Shown here one piece after another: positions 59,651 through 64,000 of a stretch of 64,000 bases of DNA. The first letter of the stretch is position 1. The number at the start of each line of letters is the position of its first letter. The position numbers and the translations under genes are program-made. The stretch is from contig OZ244561.1 in assembly GCA_965217585.1 (NCBI GenBank), forward strand, positions 2,240,001 through 2,304,000. The letters run 5' to 3'. Source of the DNA: Candidatus Latescibacterota bacterium (GTDB taxonomy: Bacteria > Latescibacterota > UBA2968 > UBA8231). The notes beneath the pieces are model-generated. The model saw nothing but the letters and a program-made list of their open reading frames with translations, did not search any database and was not told where the DNA came from.

Positions 59651-61138
59651 GAGACCCAATATCATCCTGATTATGACCGACCAACAGCGCTTCGACACGA
59701 TCGGCGCTTGGGGCTACGACTACGCGATCACGCCGGCGATGAACCGCTTGGCCGCGGAGGGGCTTTCCTTCCGCAATGCCTTTTGCCCGGGCGCGACCTG
59801 CATTGCCTCGCGGGCGGCGATCTTCACGGGTATGTATCCGCACAATACCGGCGTGTACAGCTTCGATCACTGGGCCGATCACCGCAATTGGGTGCAAGAC
59901 CTCAACGACGCGGGTTATCACTGCGTCAACATCGGCAAGATGACTTTGCTCCGCGCGATGTCGCCGGGGGCTTCCACGAGCGGGTCGTGGTGGAGAATCC
60001 CACCAGCAAGCACATCGACTTGGGCGGGGCCGACGACGATTGGGGCCGCTATCTGCGGATTCACGGCTTAGAGCGGCCCAACGACCGCAACAAGACCGAT
60101 CCCCATTGGTTGCGGAAATACCAAGGCGTCCCTTGGCACTTGGAGGAGCGCTTTCACTCAGATGTCTTTATTGGCGACTCAGCTCTTGCTTGGATCCGCG
60201 ATTACAAGGGCCAGTCTCCGTTTTTCTTGCAGGTAGGTTTTACCGGCCCGCACGAGCCGTGGGATCCGCTGCCGAGGCATCTGGAGCAGTACGCGGGGCG
60301 TCCCATGCCCCCGCGCGTGCTGCGCGAGGGCGAGTTAGCGGACAAGCCGCCCCAGCACGCGGCGCAGAGAAAGATGCACGCTGAGACCGAGCACGAGTCC
60401 GCGATCGACATGTACTCGCCCAGCGAAGAGGACATCGCCCGCATGAGGCGGCACTACTACGCCAAGATCACCACGGTGGATGAGAAGCTGGGCGAAGTCC
60501 TCGATGCGCTGCAGGCGCGGGGCTTCTTGGACAATAGCCTGCTGATCTTCTGCTCGGATCACGGCGAGCTGTTGGGCGATCACGGGCTGGCGTACAAGTG
60601 GCTGATGTACGATCCCGTGGTACACGTGCCGCTGATTGTGCGCGACAGCCGTCGGACGCAAAAGGGCAGCGAGATCGGCGACTTGGTCTCGCTGATAGAT
60701 TTGGGACCGACGATTCTAGAGGCGGCTGGCGTGGAGGTGCCCAGCTATCTGGAGGGGCGTTCGCTGCGGCCATACTTAGAGGAACCGGACGCGGGTTTTG
60801 CTCCGCGCGAGTGGGTGTTCTGCGAGGACAACTATCAGGTGATGATGCGCGGCCAGCGGCATAAGATGGTCTATTACATCGGCCAAGATCAGGGCGAGCT
60901 GTACGACTTGGAGCAGGATCCGCACGAACTGTGGAACCTCTGGGGTCGAGCCGAGCAGCGGGAACTGCAAAACGAGCTTGTGGCCCGTCTGCTGCGCTGG
61001 CTCGCTGCGAGCACTTATTACAATGCTGGCTACCGCCGCCAGCGCAGTCGGCAATACGCGATGCGCTGGCCGCGCCCGGACGACGCATTTTTACACGGGG
61101 CACGGGGGCGGGCGGTGCCGCGTTCGTTTGATCTCTAA
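59643..61138 (+). pseudogene. Sulfatase (formylglycine type) split by a 1-bp frameshift near 59943
   Basis: PNIILIMTDQQR; CIASR motif; GGCAAGATG-ACTTT lacks the C of GKMHF; second frame has PHEP, SDHGE and ELYDL..DPHE. Confidence 0.85.
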
Positions 61139-61815
61139 GATTCGGAGAAGAAACCAGCGAGAAGATCGACGGCGTCCTCTCGATCTATTTTGCCGGTGTT
61201 GATCGTCAGGTCGTAGAGCAGGGGGTCGTTCCAGTCGGCGTTGTGGAAGTTGCGCAGGTAGCTCTGCCGCCATTGGTCGTGTTGCTCAATGAGTTTCTGC
61301 GCTTGTTCGCGATCCATGTCGCGGTGCTGCATCAATCGTTCAATCCGCGTTTCGAGCGGGGCGATGATCTTGACGTGGCAGGCCTTGGGGTGATCGGCGA
61401 GGATGACTTGGCTGGCTCGGCCAACGATGACGGCCTTGCCGTCTTGGCCGAACTCCTGCACGAGGGTCGTGATGAGTAGCTGGTATGTACCGCGGTCTAG
61501 GTACGTTGCTTCGCCGACCTCGTAGTCGCGCATGTGGGGAAACTCGAGCCCAAACTCGGGCGCGTATGCGGCAGCCGATAAGGGAAAAGCCCCCGGGGCG
61601 ACTTCGGGCACGAGCAATTTCTTGAGGAAGAACTTGAGCCGGCCTTCCCCCTTTTCGTCGTAGCGCTCGACCTCTTCGACCGAGGTATCCGTGATGCTGG
61701 CGATCTCTTCGACGAGGCGGCGGTCGACAAATGCGTAGTCCAGCTTGGCGGCCAACTGCTCGGCGATCCAGTCGCCAAAGCTGCCGAGCTGACGGGCAAC
61801 CGTGATGACAGTCAT
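61135..61815 (-). CDS. Cytidylate kinase-like family protein
   Basis: ITVARQLGSFG; VIVGRAS; APLETRIER; DPLLYDLTINT. Confidence 0.88.
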   Translation of the reverse strand: MTVITVARQLGSFGDWIAEQLAAKLDYAFVDRRLVEEIASITDTSVEEVERYDEKGEGRLKFFLKKLLVPEVAPGAFPLSAAAYAPEFGLEFPHMRDYEVGEATYLDRGTYQLLITTLVQEFGQDGKAVIVGRASQVILADHPKACHVKIIAPLETRIERLMQHRDMDREQAQKLIEQHDQWRQSYLRNFHNADWNDPLLYDLTINTGKIDREDAVDLLAGFFSES

Positions 61816-61900
61816 AGCGAGTCTCTTAGGTTGGAAGTGCTCAGGTACCAGCTTGTACTCATCTGTAATAAGAAAGTATAAAAGGCAGGTGTTTGCCGTG

Positions 61901-62995
61901 TCAACGCTTGTGCGGCCGGCCTAGCTGCGGTCCCAAGCGGATGGAATGGGTTTTGACGAGGCAGTAGATCGGGTCGCCGATGCTGAGTTGCATTTCCTCG
62001 ATGGCTTCTGGGGTCGTCTTGGCGGCTAGCCGCCGCCCGACATCCACGTAGATAAGTTGTTTCCCCCCCACATCGGCGATTGCGCTGATGGTCCCCTGCA
62101 ACGCATTGCGCACGCTCAGCCCTTCGGGTCGCTGGCGGGCGAGGACGATGTCGTCGGCGCGGATGCCGATAAAGAGGCGGCTGCCGACGGGTTGATCGCA
62201 GTAGGGAATTTTGAGTTGCTGACCGTGGCACCGGACCTCGCAGACGCCCCGCTCAGCGTCGCTCGCTGCGATTTCCACGTCGAGGACGTTTTCAAAGCCG
62301 TGCTCTTCGACCAACGGCAGGACTTGGGGGTGGGCGGCGATGGTGAAAAAGTCGCCGTGTGCGACGACTTGGCCGCGGTCGACGACGACGACTTGGCTGG
62401 TGAGTTCGAGAATTTCGGCGACCGAGTGGCTGACGTAGAGAATGGGGATCTGGAGCGCGTCGCGGACGTGGCACAAGTAGGGAATGATGCGGTTTTTGAG
62501 TCCCTGATCGAGTGAGGCTAGCGGCTCGTCCATCAGCAGGAGGCGCGGAGAAGCGAGCAAGGCACGGCCCAAGGCGACGCGCTGGCGCTCGCCGCCGGAC
62601 AGGTGCCCCGGCCGACGCTTGAGCAGGGGACCGATTTCGAGCAAATCGACGATCTGGTCCAAGGCAAAGCGGCGCGCTGCCGTTGGCAGCAGGTCGCGGC
62701 CATAGCAGAGGTTTTCCTCGGTGCTCAGGTGCGGAAAGAGCAAGTCGTCTTGAAACACGTAGCCGATGCGGCGGTGCTCGGGCGGCAAATCGATGCGCTG
62801 AGTCGAGGAGAAGAGGGTTTGGCCGTCCAAGGATATTTCGCCGGCGTCCGGCCGCATCAGCCCGGCAACTAGGTTGAGCAGCGAGGTCTTGCCCGCGCCC
62901 GACGGCCCGTAGATGGCGGTGACGGCATGGTGGCACTCGATATCGACGTCGAGCGCGAAGCGGCCTAGCTGGCGTTGAGCGCGGAGGCGGAGCAT
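61901..62995 (-). CDS. modC: Molybdate ABC transporter ATP-binding protein
   Basis: GPSGAGKT; LSGGERQR; LLMDEP; C-terminal TOBE/mop domain; next to modB. Confidence 0.95.
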   Translation of the reverse strand: MLRLRAQRQLGRFALDVDIECHHAVTAIYGPSGAGKTSLLNLVAGLMRPDAGEISLDGQTLFSSTQRIDLPPEHRRIGYVFQDDLLFPHLSTEENLCYGRDLLPTAARRFALDQIVDLLEIGPLLKRRPGHLSGGERQRVALGRALLASPRLLLMDEPLASLDQGLKNRIIPYLCHVRDALQIPILYVSHSVAEILELTSQVVVVDRGQVVAHGDFFTIAAHPQVLPLVEEHGFENVLDVEIAASDAERGVCEVRCHGQQLKIPYCDQPVGSRLFIGIRADDIVLARQRPEGLSVRNALQGTISAIADVGGKQLIYVDVGRRLAAKTTPEAIEEMQLSIGDPIYCLVKTHSIRLGPQLGRPHKR

Positions 62996-62997
62996 GG

Positions 62998-63672
62998 CTA
63001 ACTCGAGCGCAGACGGCGGGCCGACCACTCGCTGGCCACGAGGGCTAGCAGCGAAAGCGCGACCGAGAGCACGATTAGCCCGACGACGCGGCTTTCTCCG
63101 TCCGGTTGGTTGAGGTACGTGTAAATGGCCGAAGGGATGGTGCGGGTCTGTCCGGCAATATTGGCCGCAAAAGTGATGGTCGCGCCGAACTCTCCCAACG
63201 AGCGGGCAAAGGTCAACAGCGAGCCGACCAGCAGGCCGGGAGCGGCGAGGCGCAAGGTCACGGTCAGAAAGGCGCGGACAGGACCTGCCCCGAGGGTGCG
63301 GGCGACGCGCTCTAGGCGTGGATCCACGCTCTCAATCCCGAGGCGCACGGAGCGCAGCATCAGGGGAAAGCCGACCACGGCCGAGGCCAGCACCGCGCCC
63401 TTCCAGTCGAAGGCCAACTGGAGGTCGAGGGCTGTGAGTACGGGACCGAAGAGACCGCGGCGGCCAAAAAGCAACAGGAGCAGATAGCCGGTGACCACCG
63501 GCGGCAGGACCAGCGGCAGGTGACAGAGGCCGTCGAGCGCGATCTTGAGCGGAAACTCCCGCCGGGCCAGCAGCCAGCCCAGCAACACGGCCGGCAACAA
63601 GCTCAGCAGCACGCAGCAAAAGGCCACGCGCAGCGAAAGCAAAAGGACCTGCCCTTCCTCAGCGCTGAACAC
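62998..63672 (-). CDS. modB: Molybdate ABC transporter permease
   Basis: LPLVLPPVVTGY; ARTLGA; FARSLGEFGATI. Confidence 0.95.
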   Translation of the reverse strand: MFSAEEGQVLLLSLRVAFCCVLLSLLPAVLLGWLLARREFPLKIALDGLCHLPLVLPPVVTGYLLLLLFGRRGLFGPVLTALDLQLAFDWKGAVLASAVVGFPLMLRSVRLGIESVDPRLERVARTLGAGPVRAFLTVTLRLAAPGLLVGSLLTFARSLGEFGATITFAANIAGQTRTIPSAIYTYLNQPDGESRVVGLIVLSVALSLLALVASEWSARRLRSS

Positions 63673-64000
63673 CTTGGTCGCCCAAAAAGGTAAAGCCGTG
63701 TTTGCGGAAGATGCCGGCGGCCGTGTCCGAGCTAAAGAATGCCAATAGGCTGCGGACCTGCGCACTGGCGCGGCCTTTGACGATGGCCGCTGGATAGACG
63801 ATGGGGCGGTGCAGTGAGTCGGGCACCGTCGCTAGGGTTATTACGCGGTCGCTTTGGGTTGCATCGGTGGCGTACACCAAGCCAGCGGCGCACTCGCCGC
63901 GCTCGACGTACACTAAGGCGGCGCGGACGTCGGGCGCGGGTGCGATGCGGCTTTTGAGTGCCGGCCACCAGCCCAATCTCTCTAGAGCTTGGCGGGCGTA
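63659..64000 (-). CDS. modA: Molybdate ABC transporter substrate-binding protein, 3' part
   Basis: DVRAALVYVERGE..AGLVYATDA...HRPIVYP...FRKHGF; runs off the window edge. Confidence 0.93.
   Translation of the reverse strand, partial: YARQALERLGWWPALKSRIAPAPDVRAALVYVERGECAAGLVYATDATQSDRVITLATVPDSLHRPIVYPAAIVKGRASAQVRSLLAFFSSDTAAGIFRKHGFTFLGDQGVQR

Overview
GC-rich bacterial chromosomal window with about 55 CDS and one tRNA-Glu(UUC). I saw no integrase, transposase, phage structural gene or CRISPR array. Housekeeping genes (pdxS/pdxT, acnA, a UbiD-family decarboxylase, modABC) are mixed with many catabolic enzymes: six PhyH-type 2OG-Fe(II) dioxygenases, two amidases, amidohydrolases, three enolase-superfamily enzymes, a GH88-like hydrolase, a lyase-like protein and a sulfatase. 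TPR/FG-GAP, NHL and Ig-repeat proteins are also present. This profile resembles sponge-associated Poribacteria/Latescibacteria-like heterotrophs, which is an inference only. The most notable unannotated structures are: (1) attC-like sites flanking an APH/choline-kinase-like gene, suggesting integron cassettes without an integrase (25.5-27.7 kb); (2) an uncharacterised DUF1538-DUF1538-PII-CBS operon; (3) three tandem membrane-anchored coiled-coil paralogues that differ in stalk length; (4) an XRE regulator followed by a second, alternative C-terminus; (5) several toxin-antitoxin loci where the toxin is destroyed and the antitoxin retained; (6) a strong contrast in CCWGG frequency between resident and apparently recently acquired genes. 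All family assignments come from motif recognition by eye, not database searches.
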